From: Candidatus Parvarchaeota archaeon
GTDB lineage: Archaea > Nanobdellota > Nanobdellia > Parvarchaeales > Parvarchaeaceae
Reading direction: 5' to 3'
Assembly (NCBI GenBank): GCA_027366075.1
Contig: DAHXLI010000012.1
Span: forward strand, 1-44,433
DNA length: 44,433 bases
The translations under genes and the position numbers were made by a program. Position 1 is the first letter of the stretch; every line of letters starts with the position of its first letter. Below, in pieces: positions 33,051 through 41,626 of this stretch. A model generated the notes under the pieces. It was given only the letters and a program-made list of their open reading frames with translations, made no database searches and was not told where the DNA came from.

Positions 33051-34934
33051 ATGGAAAGGTATCCAAACCTCATAACTGAAATATTAAAAGAAGCGACTTC
33101 CAGACTCGGCCTTAAAAATATTGATGAAACGCGACGTTATTTTAAGACGCAAACATATGGATACGGCGGCGACTTTTCGATAACTCTAGCCTTAAGGGAC
33201 AGCAAGTTGAACAAAATTCCTATAGAAAAGGCCGCTGGGGACATCAAGGCAAAGCTTGAAGGTTCAAAATTCATAAAAAGGACTGAGGTAGTTAATGGTT
33301 ACGTTAATTGCTGGTATGACTACACGAAGCTAGCAGAATATCTTATGGGCGGCATAAACGATGATTATGGGAAAAGTGATTATGGTAAAGATGAGAGGGT
33401 GATGGTAGAGCATACGAGCGTAAACCCAAATAAGGCGATACACATCGGACACGTAAGAAATTCTTCCATAGGAGACTCCTTGTCTCGTTTACTTAGATTT
33501 GCAGGGTATGATCTTACCGTTACGAATTATATAGACGACACCGGCGCGCAAGTAGCGGATAATGTGGTGGGGGTTAAATTTTTAAACCTACCCAGGAAAA
33601 AACCTGGCGTAAAAATAGACCATTACCTTGGTGATGAAGTGTATGTAAAGGTGAATAAACTTTATGAAGACGACCCGGCCCTCATGGAAAAAAGGGGCCT
33701 GGTCTTGAAAGCCATAGAAGAAGGGAACAACGAAATCGCTTTGCTAGCGAAGGACATGGTCATGGACGTGCTAAAAGCGCAACTGCAAACTCTTAGTCGG
33801 CTTGGCGTTTTCTTTGATCTAGTAAACTACGAATCGCACATATTAATGTACAAGTTTTGGGCCACCGCCTTCGCCCATATGAAGAGTGTAGGTGCGATAA
33901 AATTGGAGACGGACGGTAAAAAGAAAGGGTGTTGGGTCTTTAAGACCGCTCCGCCAGACGAAGATAAAATATTAGTGCGCTCAGACGGCACGGTCGTATA
34001 CGCCGGCAAAGACATCGCATACGCTATGTGGAAGCACGGGCTGCTCGATAGCGATTTCCGATATAAAAAAATGGAATTGCAAAAAAACGGCGAAGAATTG
34101 TGGACCACCACGCTGGACAAAGATTCCACGAAAACCCATCCGACATTCAACCACGTGAAGCATTCCATAAGCGTAATAGACATAAGGCAAAGCTACGAGC
34201 AAGCGGTTGTGAAAGAAGCGATAGAAAAACTAGGCAATGGGAAAGGCATCGACTACGTACACTACGAATATGGAGTAGTTGCACTGTCTCCGAATACAGC
34301 AAATAAATTGGGCGTAAAAGAAACGGAAGAGGGGGGCGCTTTCCAAATGAGCGGAAGAAAGGGAGTATATATAAACGCAGATAATTTTTTAGATAAACTT
34401 TATGAAACGCTGTTAGATGAGACTAAAAGTAAAAATCAAAATTTAGGCGAAACCGAATGCAAAGAGGTTGCAGAAAGCCTGGCCGTATCAACGCTAAGAT
34501 ATGAAATGATAAGAACTGATCCTAAAAAAATTATAGTATTTGACCTTGACGAGGCTTTAAAATTAGAATCGAAAGGAGCGGTTTACATTGATTACACACT
34601 TAGCAGGATGGCGGGAATACTTAGAAACTCGAATTCTAAAATAAAAACGTCTATGGCTATCCCTGAATTAAGTGATTTCGAAAAGCGGGTACTTTTGGAT
34701 ATTTTAAGATTCCCAGAAATCATAGAATCCGCAGCAAAGGCTCTCGATCTTACCGTCGTATCCGGATTTTTGTCTGAGTTCGCTTCAGATTTTAACGCTT
34801 TCTATACAAACACGACGGTTCTAAAAGCTGAAGAAAGTATAAGAGATTTTAGGCTTTGGCTCGTGACTGCCGCCAGAACGACTTTAATAAATGCGATGTC
34901 AACATTGGGCTTAGTCCCACTCGAAAGAATGTAA
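33051..34934 (+). CDS. argS: arginyl-tRNA synthetase
   Basis: HTSVNPNKAIHIGHVRNSSIGDSL (HIGH) and a class-I fold with a C-terminal DALR-type anticodon-binding region. The start is uncertain. In-frame ATGs lie at 32952 (track), 33030 and 33051. The MERYPNLITEILKEA start fits ArgRS N-termini best. Confidence 0.85.
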   Translation: MERYPNLITEILKEATSRLGLKNIDETRRYFKTQTYGYGGDFSITLALRDSKLNKIPIEKAAGDIKAKLEGSKFIKRTEVVNGYVNCWYDYTKLAEYLMGGINDDYGKSDYGKDERVMVEHTSVNPNKAIHIGHVRNSSIGDSLSRLLRFAGYDLTVTNYIDDTGAQVADNVVGVKFLNLPRKKPGVKIDHYLGDEVYVKVNKLYEDDPALMEKRGLVLKAIEEGNNEIALLAKDMVMDVLKAQLQTLSRLGVFFDLVNYESHILMYKFWATAFAHMKSVGAIKLETDGKKKGCWVFKTAPPDEDKILVRSDGTVVYAGKDIAYAMWKHGLLDSDFRYKKMELQKNGEELWTTTLDKDSTKTHPTFNHVKHSISVIDIRQSYEQAVVKEAIEKLGNGKGIDYVHYEYGVVALSPNTANKLGVKETEEGGAFQMSGRKGVYINADNFLDKLYETLLDETKSKNQNLGETECKEVAESLAVSTLRYEMIRTDPKKIIVFDLDEALKLESKGAVYIDYTLSRMAGILRNSNSKIKTSMAIPELSDFEKRVLLDILRFPEIIESAAKALDLTVVSGFLSEFASDFNAFYTNTTVLKAEESIRDFRLWLVTAARTTLINAMSTLGLVPLERM

Positions 34935-34937
34935 TTT

Positions 34938-35849
34938 ATGAAAGCCGCGCAACAAATCGTGGAGATCATAAGTGTACCGACGTCTCTTGGGGGGAACGTC
35001 AAAGGTTCTGAGCTAGGCCCATCGGCGATAAAAAAGGCTGGGCTTATGGACTCGCTTAGAGAGATCGGCTTTGAGGTAAAAGAAGGCGAGGATATACGAC
35101 CAGAAATAGACGCACGATGTAAGATAGACCCAAAAGCGAGACACATAAACGAAATATTGATGACTGATAAAATTGTCGCTGATGCGGTTCATAGCGCTAT
35201 AAAATCGAAACGGTTTCCGTTGCTCTTGGGCGGTGACCATTCTATCGCCATTGGTTCAATTGTCGGCCTTTCAAGGTCATTTGATAATCTTGTAGGTATC
35301 ATATATTTCGACGCTCACGGCGATTTCAATACGCCGGATACCACGCCGAGTGGAAACGTGCACGGGATGCCACTGGCCCTGGTCTCTGGCCAATATAATA
35401 AAGTACTGCCATTGGACATGAAAAAACCGATAGACCCAAAAAATATAGTTATAATCGGCGCAAGAGATATAGACCAAGAAGAAAAAATCCTTCTAAAAAA
35501 GGCCGGAGTCCACGTGATCGAGATGGCGGACATAAAAACCTGTGGGATAAAAAAAATTATTGCTGAGGCAATAGAAATAGCTGGAAAAAATGGTAGACGT
35601 GTACACTTAAGCGTAGACATAGACGTTCTTGATCCGAGCATCGCCAGCGGGACTGGAACTCCGGTGTCTGACGGCCTTGATCTTACAGATATGAAAAGTG
35701 CAATGTCGCTCCTGGGGGCGTCTGGATGCGTCGGTTCTTTTGAATTGGCGGAAGTAAACCCCCTAAAAGACCGAGATGACACTACTGCCTCGATTGCGGT
35801 CCAACTAATAAAGTCGTTTTTTGACGGGCGAATAGTCTACAAGCGCTAA
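34938..35849 (+). CDS. arginase-family ureohydrolase (arginase-like rather than agmatinase-like)
   Basis: LLLGGDHSIAIGS, IYFDAHGDFNTPDTTPSGNVHGMPLA, HLSVDIDVLDPS, and E..EVNP. The GN.HGMP loop is typical of Bacillus-type arginases. Confidence 0.75.
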   Translation: MKAAQQIVEIISVPTSLGGNVKGSELGPSAIKKAGLMDSLREIGFEVKEGEDIRPEIDARCKIDPKARHINEILMTDKIVADAVHSAIKSKRFPLLLGGDHSIAIGSIVGLSRSFDNLVGIIYFDAHGDFNTPDTTPSGNVHGMPLALVSGQYNKVLPLDMKKPIDPKNIVIIGARDIDQEEKILLKKAGVHVIEMADIKTCGIKKIIAEAIEIAGKNGRRVHLSVDIDVLDPSIASGTGTPVSDGLDLTDMKSAMSLLGASGCVGSFELAEVNPLKDRDDTTASIAVQLIKSFFDGRIVYKR

Positions 35850-35932
35850 AAATACGGCCTCTTTAATTATTATTTTAATCACTTTTAAGTAAGTACAGTA
35901 AACCTTTAATCCTTTAATCTCATATAAAGTCT

Positions 35933-37987
35933 ATGGACTTCAGCAAATTATTCAATCCAGAGAGCATCGCCATTGTCGGGGCGTCTAGAGACCCAAGTAA
36001 GGTTGGAAGTGTGATATTAAAAAATCTTAGGATCACTTACCGCGGTAAAATCTTCCCAATAAATCTTAACACCGACGAGATACAGGGATTAAAAGCATAT
36101 AGAAAAGTGTCTGAGGTAAAAGAGCCTATAGACCTTGCAGTCATAGCTATACCGGCAGAAGGCGTACTATCCGTACTAAAGGGGTGTGAGAGGAAAAAAA
36201 TCAGGTTTGCGATAATAATAAGCGCTGGCTTTAAGGAGTCTGGAAACGCCGGTATGAAACTTGAAGAGGACGTAAAAAAATTCATTAAGACTGCAAAAAT
36301 AAGAGTCATAGGCCCAAACTCTCTCGGCGCGATAAACACTTCTCCAGCATATAACGCTACCTTTATAGATCCCAATTCAAAACCAATGGAAGGGAACACC
36401 GCCTTTATTTCTCAAAGCGGTGCACTCCTAAGTGCGATAATCGATGATGCTACATTGGAAAAAATCGGGTTCAGCAAGATAATAAGCATAGGAAACGCGG
36501 TCGACATCGACGAAGCTGACATGCTAAACGTACTATTGAACGATGAAAAGACCGGCGCTATAACGCTTTACGTCGAAGGACTGGAAGACGGCCAGAAATT
36601 TATAAAAAACGCGATAGAAGTATCGAAAAAGAAACCGATAATAGCGTTAAAGGGGGGAAAATCCAGAATCGGGGCCGTTGCTGCAGAGTCGCACACCGGC
36701 GCCTTGACGGATAACAACATGAGTTATGACCTTGCATTCAGCAAGGCAGGGGTGATATCTGTCGACAACATAGACGATCTTTTCAATTTCATGAGGGACG
36801 CGCCGACGCTAAAAATAAAAACTGACGAAGTTATCATAGTCACGAACGCCGGAGGGGGGGGCGTTATAACTACTGACGCGATCAGCGCCGCTAACTTGAA
36901 ACTTGTTAAATTAAGCAATAACATAGTCAATGAGCTTACTAAAGTTCTGCCAAAAGAAGCCAGCCTCCACAACCCTATAGATATACTTGGGGATGCCACG
37001 CCAGAAAGATACAAAGAGACCCTGGAAATCGTTTCTAAACTTAACAAACCGATAATAGTCATATTCTCACCACAAGAGACTTCGCTCCCTATAGAGACTG
37101 CAAAGGAGATATCAGAGATACAGATGCAAAATAGGGACCTCCCCATACTCCCCGTATTTTTAGGCGGCGCCAGAATAGAAAAGGCAAAGAGGTTCCTGAG
37201 AGAGAACGGGATCCCAGCTTACAGTTACCCGAACGAGGCCGTCGATATAATAAGGGGACTTTACATCTACGGGACATTTACTCCGCCGGTCTATTCTACC
37301 TATGATAAAACAAGGACAAAACCCCCTAAGGTTTCTTCGAAAGAGAACCTGTTTGGGCTGCACTCAAAGGACGTTTTCGACAAGATCGGGATAAAAACCG
37401 CGTATGGCGTGCTCTTCAAAAACGAGACGGAGCTGCAAAAGGCAATCAAAAAGATCGGGTACCCTTGCGTACTTAAAATCGCATCGAATACTATCGCTCA
37501 CAAAGGCGAAGTCGGCGGGGTCATTTTGGGGATAAAGAGTGATGAAGACCTTAAAAAGGCGTTCGCTTCCCTAAAAACAAAAGTGAGCGAGAATCATTTA
37601 AAAATAGACGGGTATGAATTATACGAAGACGCAAATAAAGAGAACCGTCAAAACATCGAAATACTTCTTGGCGCACACAGAGACCCGCAATTTGGCGCGC
37701 TTATAGGGATCGGCCTTGGCGGCGAGTATGCGACTTTGCTGAACGAAACGGAATTTATGCTGGCCCCTATATCGGATAAGGACATTTCTGAATTTAGGAA
37801 CTCTAAGATAGGCAAGATAATCTCTGCGGCCGCTAAACATAAAGTTTTTGACGAGCTGATCGATTACTTGATAAAGATATCTAAGCTTATGGACGCCAAT
37901 CCACAGATAAAAAACATAGACATAAACCCCATAATGATGTTCGAGGACAGCGTGATTGCTACTGATTTCAAGATATACAATTCATAA
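35933..37987 (+). CDS. acd: ADP-forming acetyl-CoA synthetase (fused alpha/beta, ACD)
   Basis: FNPESIAIVGASRDPSKVGSVILKNL...ISQSGAL...AAESHTGAL, with a C-terminal ATP-grasp domain. 684 aa. Confidence 0.85.
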   Translation: MDFSKLFNPESIAIVGASRDPSKVGSVILKNLRITYRGKIFPINLNTDEIQGLKAYRKVSEVKEPIDLAVIAIPAEGVLSVLKGCERKKIRFAIIISAGFKESGNAGMKLEEDVKKFIKTAKIRVIGPNSLGAINTSPAYNATFIDPNSKPMEGNTAFISQSGALLSAIIDDATLEKIGFSKIISIGNAVDIDEADMLNVLLNDEKTGAITLYVEGLEDGQKFIKNAIEVSKKKPIIALKGGKSRIGAVAAESHTGALTDNNMSYDLAFSKAGVISVDNIDDLFNFMRDAPTLKIKTDEVIIVTNAGGGGVITTDAISAANLKLVKLSNNIVNELTKVLPKEASLHNPIDILGDATPERYKETLEIVSKLNKPIIVIFSPQETSLPIETAKEISEIQMQNRDLPILPVFLGGARIEKAKRFLRENGIPAYSYPNEAVDIIRGLYIYGTFTPPVYSTYDKTRTKPPKVSSKENLFGLHSKDVFDKIGIKTAYGVLFKNETELQKAIKKIGYPCVLKIASNTIAHKGEVGGVILGIKSDEDLKKAFASLKTKVSENHLKIDGYELYEDANKENRQNIEILLGAHRDPQFGALIGIGLGGEYATLLNETEFMLAPISDKDISEFRNSKIGKIISAAAKHKVFDELIDYLIKISKLMDANPQIKNIDINPIMMFEDSVIATDFKIYNS

Positions 37988-37994
37988 TTATAAA

Positions 37995-39461
37995 CTACTG
38001 CTTGACTTCGATTTTCTCGAATAAATTCTTGCCTCTTTTTACTTTGCCGTCGAATGTGACGAATTTGCATTCATTTATAGAGCCGAGCTTTACGCCAAGT
38101 TGATTTTGCATACTTTCACTAGTCTCTGGAAGAAATGGATATAAAAGTATCGAGATTATCCTCAAAGCTTCTAGAGCATTGTTCAGTACCGCACCAAGTC
38201 TGGCGCCGCCCAATCTCCAAGGCTCCGTGTCGTTTATGTATTTGTTTACGCTGCGCACAAACGTCCATATTTCGTTTAAAGCGCCGTTTACATCGTAAAC
38301 TTCGAATAGTTCTTTTATTCTGCTCATGTCAAGATTATCGGCGATCTCCTCTTCTCCTTCTATCTTTCCTTTGAATTTTTCGGCTAGCGTAAGCGTTCTT
38401 GCTACTAGATTGCCTAAGTCTGCAAGCAATTCTCCGTTTATTCTCGAGACTAGTCCGCTCTCAGAAAAGTCTCCGTCTTCCCATATAGGTTTTTCTTTTA
38501 TAAGGAAATATCTGAGTGCATCTGCGGAATATTTTCTTGCTAGTTCAACAGTATCTACGACGTTCCCGATAGATTTGCTCATTTTCTTGCCTTCTACTGT
38601 CCACCACCCATGTGAGACGATAGTTTTTGGTAGGTCTATCCCTGCCGCCAGCAACATAGCCGGCCAGATGACTGCGTGAAACCAGGTTATCTCCTTTCCC
38701 ACCATATGGACGTCTGCTGGCCAGAATTCAATAAATTTTCCGCCGTTTGGCCAACCAAGTGCGCTTATGTAATTTAGAAGCGCATCAAACCAAACATATA
38801 CGGTTTGCTCTTTGTCGAGTTCGAAAGGTATCCCCCACGTCACTGACTTTCTGGTTATGTCTAAATCCTTAATGTCTCCTTTAAGGCGGTTGACTATTTC
38901 TTTTAATCTCGAGGGGGGTTTTATAAAATCCTGGTCCTCTTCAAATATTCTTAGAAGATCATCCTTGTATCTACTTAAAGCAAAGAAGTAAGCATCCTCT
39001 TTTACTTTTTGTACGTCTCTGCCGCATTCGGGACATTTTCCATCGTTTAATTCCATTTCTGTTATAAAAGTCTCGTCTGGAACGCAGTACCAGCCTTCGT
39101 AGATTCCCTTGTAGATGTCTTTGTTGTCCCAGATGCGGGTTATGAATTCAGAAACCGCCTTCTCATGTTCTTTATCTGTAGTTCGTATGAATTTGTCGAA
39201 AGAGATGTTCAAGGCTTTCCATGTTTCGATATACGTGTTTGCGACTTCGTCAACAAATTCCTTTGGGGTCTTACCGGCTTCTTTAGCGGCTTTTTCTATT
39301 TTTGTACCGTGTTCGTCTGTGCCAGTTAGAAAAAAGACATCTTTTCCTAACAGCCTATTCCAGCGAGCCAAAATGTCCGCTATTATTGTCGTATACGCGT
39401 GGCCTATGTGGGGTTTTGCTGTAACATAATAAATCGGTGTAGTTACGTAAAATGTTTCCAT
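37995..39461 (-). CDS. metG: methionyl-tRNA synthetase (short form, no C-terminal EMAPII/dimerisation domain)
   Basis: FYVTTPIYYVTAKPHIGHAYT (HIGH), Zn knuckle CVPDE...CPECG, and KMSKS. Confidence 0.9.
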   Translation of the reverse strand: METFYVTTPIYYVTAKPHIGHAYTTIIADILARWNRLLGKDVFFLTGTDEHGTKIEKAAKEAGKTPKEFVDEVANTYIETWKALNISFDKFIRTTDKEHEKAVSEFITRIWDNKDIYKGIYEGWYCVPDETFITEMELNDGKCPECGRDVQKVKEDAYFFALSRYKDDLLRIFEEDQDFIKPPSRLKEIVNRLKGDIKDLDITRKSVTWGIPFELDKEQTVYVWFDALLNYISALGWPNGGKFIEFWPADVHMVGKEITWFHAVIWPAMLLAAGIDLPKTIVSHGWWTVEGKKMSKSIGNVVDTVELARKYSADALRYFLIKEKPIWEDGDFSESGLVSRINGELLADLGNLVARTLTLAEKFKGKIEGEEEIADNLDMSRIKELFEVYDVNGALNEIWTFVRSVNKYINDTEPWRLGGARLGAVLNNALEALRIISILLYPFLPETSESMQNQLGVKLGSINECKFVTFDGKVKRGKNLFEKIEVKQ

Positions 39462-39484
39462 GTTGGCGACTCCAGATAATATTA

Positions 39485-39559
39485 TAGCGGGGAGAAGATT
39501 TGAACTTCTGACCTTCGGGTTATGAGCCCGACGAGCACTCCTGGCTGCTCCACCCCGCT
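39485..39559 (-). tRNA. initiator tRNA-Met (anticodon CAU), no encoded CCA
   Basis: AGCGGGG-TG-GAGC..GCTC-G-TCGGG-CTCATAA-CCCGA-AGGTC-AGAAG-TTCAAAT-CTTCT-CCCCGCT-A. The A1:U72 pair and three consecutive G:C pairs closing the anticodon stem are the archaeal initiator signatures. Confidence 0.85.
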
Positions 39560-39648
39560 ATCTACAATAATTAGATTACATTAAGATTTAATACTTCTTA
39601 TATCTTTAACTAGCAAATATAAAGTGATGACGTTTATAATAATTGACT

Positions 39649-40281
39649 ATGACAATCGTTATATCACTGGGGGGCTCGTTTCTTTTTGAAAACCCAGAAA
39701 AGATAAACGAATTGAACAGAGTCATACATCATTCTAATCAAAATTTCATAATTATTTGCGGTGGAGGGAGACTGGCTAGGGAATACATAAAATTCGCCTC
39801 GTTATTTAAATTAAAACCCGAAGACATGCACTTAGTGGGTATAAAATCCACAATTATCAATGCCCTAATCGTAAACAAGGTGCTTGGCGGTGAATTGTAC
39901 GAAGGTGACCCGCGGAAGATAAAGGACAAAAAGCTTGTCGTCACCGGCGGTTTTGAGGTCGGATGGACTACTGATATATGCGCCGCGTATGCCGCCGTCG
40001 CTTCTAAATCAAAGGCGATCTTTAACCTATCAAAAGAAGAAGGCGTTTATGATAAGGACCCGAGTAAATTTGACGATGCGAAGCTCTTAAAAACTCTTTC
40101 TTTTGAAACTCTTTACAAAATAAACCGCGGTAGGCGAGTTCCAGGGATGAATTTTATATTCGACCCGCAGGCCGGTGTGATATGTAAGAATAATGGGATA
40201 AAAGTCATAGTGACAAACAAGATTAGCGACATCGCTCGTTTTATAAAATGCAAAGAGTTTTCTGGAACTCTTATAGAGTGA
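39649..40281 (+). CDS. pyrH: uridylate (UMP) kinase, archaeal type
   Basis: IVISLGGSFL...IIICGGGRLAREYI...VVTGGFEVGWTTDICAAYAA...GVYDKDPSKFDDAK. ATG 39649 is preferred over the track TTG 39643. A TATA-like AAATATAAA lies at 39615-39623. Confidence 0.8.
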   Translation: MTIVISLGGSFLFENPEKINELNRVIHHSNQNFIIICGGGRLAREYIKFASLFKLKPEDMHLVGIKSTIINALIVNKVLGGELYEGDPRKIKDKKLVVTGGFEVGWTTDICAAYAAVASKSKAIFNLSKEEGVYDKDPSKFDDAKLLKTLSFETLYKINRGRRVPGMNFIFDPQAGVICKNNGIKVIVTNKISDIARFIKCKEFSGTLIE

Positions 40282-40292
40282 AACGCAAAAAC

Positions 40293-40300
40293 GATAAATA
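40293..40300 (+). promoter_or_regulatory. TATA box (GATAAATA) about 25 nt upstream of ATG 40322
   Basis: Spacing is consistent with a leaderless MFS transcript. Confidence 0.4.
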
Positions 40301-40321
40301 TTCATTTAATCATAATTACTG

Positions 40322-41587
40322 ATGGCCAACTCTTCAGCTTGGATGTATACTATATTGCCCATCTCCGCTATATCGGGAGGCCTGGGCGTCCTTCTTCCTC
40401 TTTACATACTAGCTTCCCACGGTAGCGTTTACAATGTGGCTATTGCGATAGCTCTTTTTGAGCTTGTTAGCATACCTGCCTCCCTTTTCTGGGGTGATTT
40501 AACGGATAGATTGGGGAAAATAAAATTCTTTATACTAGTTTCCATAATAGGCTTATTCCCGATATTATTGATATTCTACCTTATAGCTTTTGTGCCTGCG
40601 ATAGAAGGTATCTACGGACTTTACGCGTTTATAGCAACGGCGTCCTCGCCGGCGATAAATTTGCTGATAATGTCGCATAAGAAAAATCCCGCACTGCCAA
40701 GATACTTCAGCCGCTATAGCATACTTTCAATATCCGGTTCTATAATAGGTACCATACCCGGGCTTTTCTTAGGCGCCGGCTTTATCAAAGACTACCTGAT
40801 GTTGCTATTGGTGTTTAACGTCGTATCACTAGGCCTTACAATGCTGTTGGTACGGCCAGACAAAGCCAAGGCTATAGAACCCACTTATAAAAAAAGCGCG
40901 AATCGCAGTTTTGCCGTCTTAAACATGCTAAGTTATACGCCTTACATTCTTACTGGTTATAGACTTATCGAGAAAATAAGAGCTGGCTTAAGTAATAAGA
41001 AAATAAGGAATATCTACATATTATTAGCTTCAATAGGATTATTTGACGTAGGCTTATATCTTTTCAATACCTCTTATATACCTTACCTAAGTGCGCATTC
41101 AATAAGCTTTAGCAACATATTTTTGGTAAGCATCTTGAATGGCGTCGCGCAGCTTGGCGTATACGCGGCGGTTATATCGTTTATACGAAAAATCAATCTT
41201 GGAACGTCTTATTTGGCTTCAAATATAATAAGGGTGGGGGGTTATCTCCTTGCTGTGATACCTGCGTTGGCCATCCCGATTTATTTCTTAGCGTTTAACA
41301 TGGTAGGATACGCTGTTGCAGGGGTAGGTTACGCCATCTGGAACATGGCCTCGTCTGTAATACTCTATACGCAGATAAGGGACCTTGGGCGTGGGCACTA
41401 CATCGGAGTTTGGGTCGCTATACTTGGGGCGTCTGCGGTCGTAGGCGCATTCTTATCTGGTGTTTTATCCTCAGACTTCGGTTACATCGCGACATTCTCT
41501 GCTGCGATCATGGCTGTAATAGCTTCGCTTTTAGTTTTCACGTACGTAAAATATCCTCAAGACAGACCCGGGGCGCCCAGCACATAA
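40322..41587 (+). CDS. major facilitator superfamily transporter
   Basis: 421 aa and about 12 TM. A GDLTDRLGK motif sits between TM2 and TM3 (MFS signature G-x3-D-R/K-x-G-R/K). Confidence 0.75.
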   Translation: MANSSAWMYTILPISAISGGLGVLLPLYILASHGSVYNVAIAIALFELVSIPASLFWGDLTDRLGKIKFFILVSIIGLFPILLIFYLIAFVPAIEGIYGLYAFIATASSPAINLLIMSHKKNPALPRYFSRYSILSISGSIIGTIPGLFLGAGFIKDYLMLLLVFNVVSLGLTMLLVRPDKAKAIEPTYKKSANRSFAVLNMLSYTPYILTGYRLIEKIRAGLSNKKIRNIYILLASIGLFDVGLYLFNTSYIPYLSAHSISFSNIFLVSILNGVAQLGVYAAVISFIRKINLGTSYLASNIIRVGGYLLAVIPALAIPIYFLAFNMVGYAVAGVGYAIWNMASSVILYTQIRDLGRGHYIGVWVAILGASAVVGAFLSGVLSSDFGYIATFSAAIMAVIASLLVFTYVKYPQDRPGAPST

Positions 41588-41597
41588 AATAGATATA

Positions 41598-41605
41598 CTT
41601 ATATA
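41598..41605 (+). promoter_or_regulatory. TATA box (CTTATATA) about 25 nt upstream of ATG 41627
   Basis: Spacing is consistent with a leaderless topA transcript. Confidence 0.4.
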
Positions 41606-41626
41606 CGAACGTTTTCAAACTGTATA

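Noticed and set aside
36854-36861. A G8 homopolymer inside the acd gene as a possible phase-variation or slippage tract
   Set aside because: It encodes the conserved Gly-rich loop NAGGGGV in frame, and the ORF is intact on both sides. Nothing indicates switching. It is only worth remembering as a sequencing-error hotspot.
39624-39630. A GTGATGA C-box-like motif upstream of pyrH as part of a C/D box sRNA
   Set aside because: No CTGA D box or C'/D' pair lies at an appropriate distance (50-70 nt) on that strand. The motif sits between the pyrH TATA element and its start codon.
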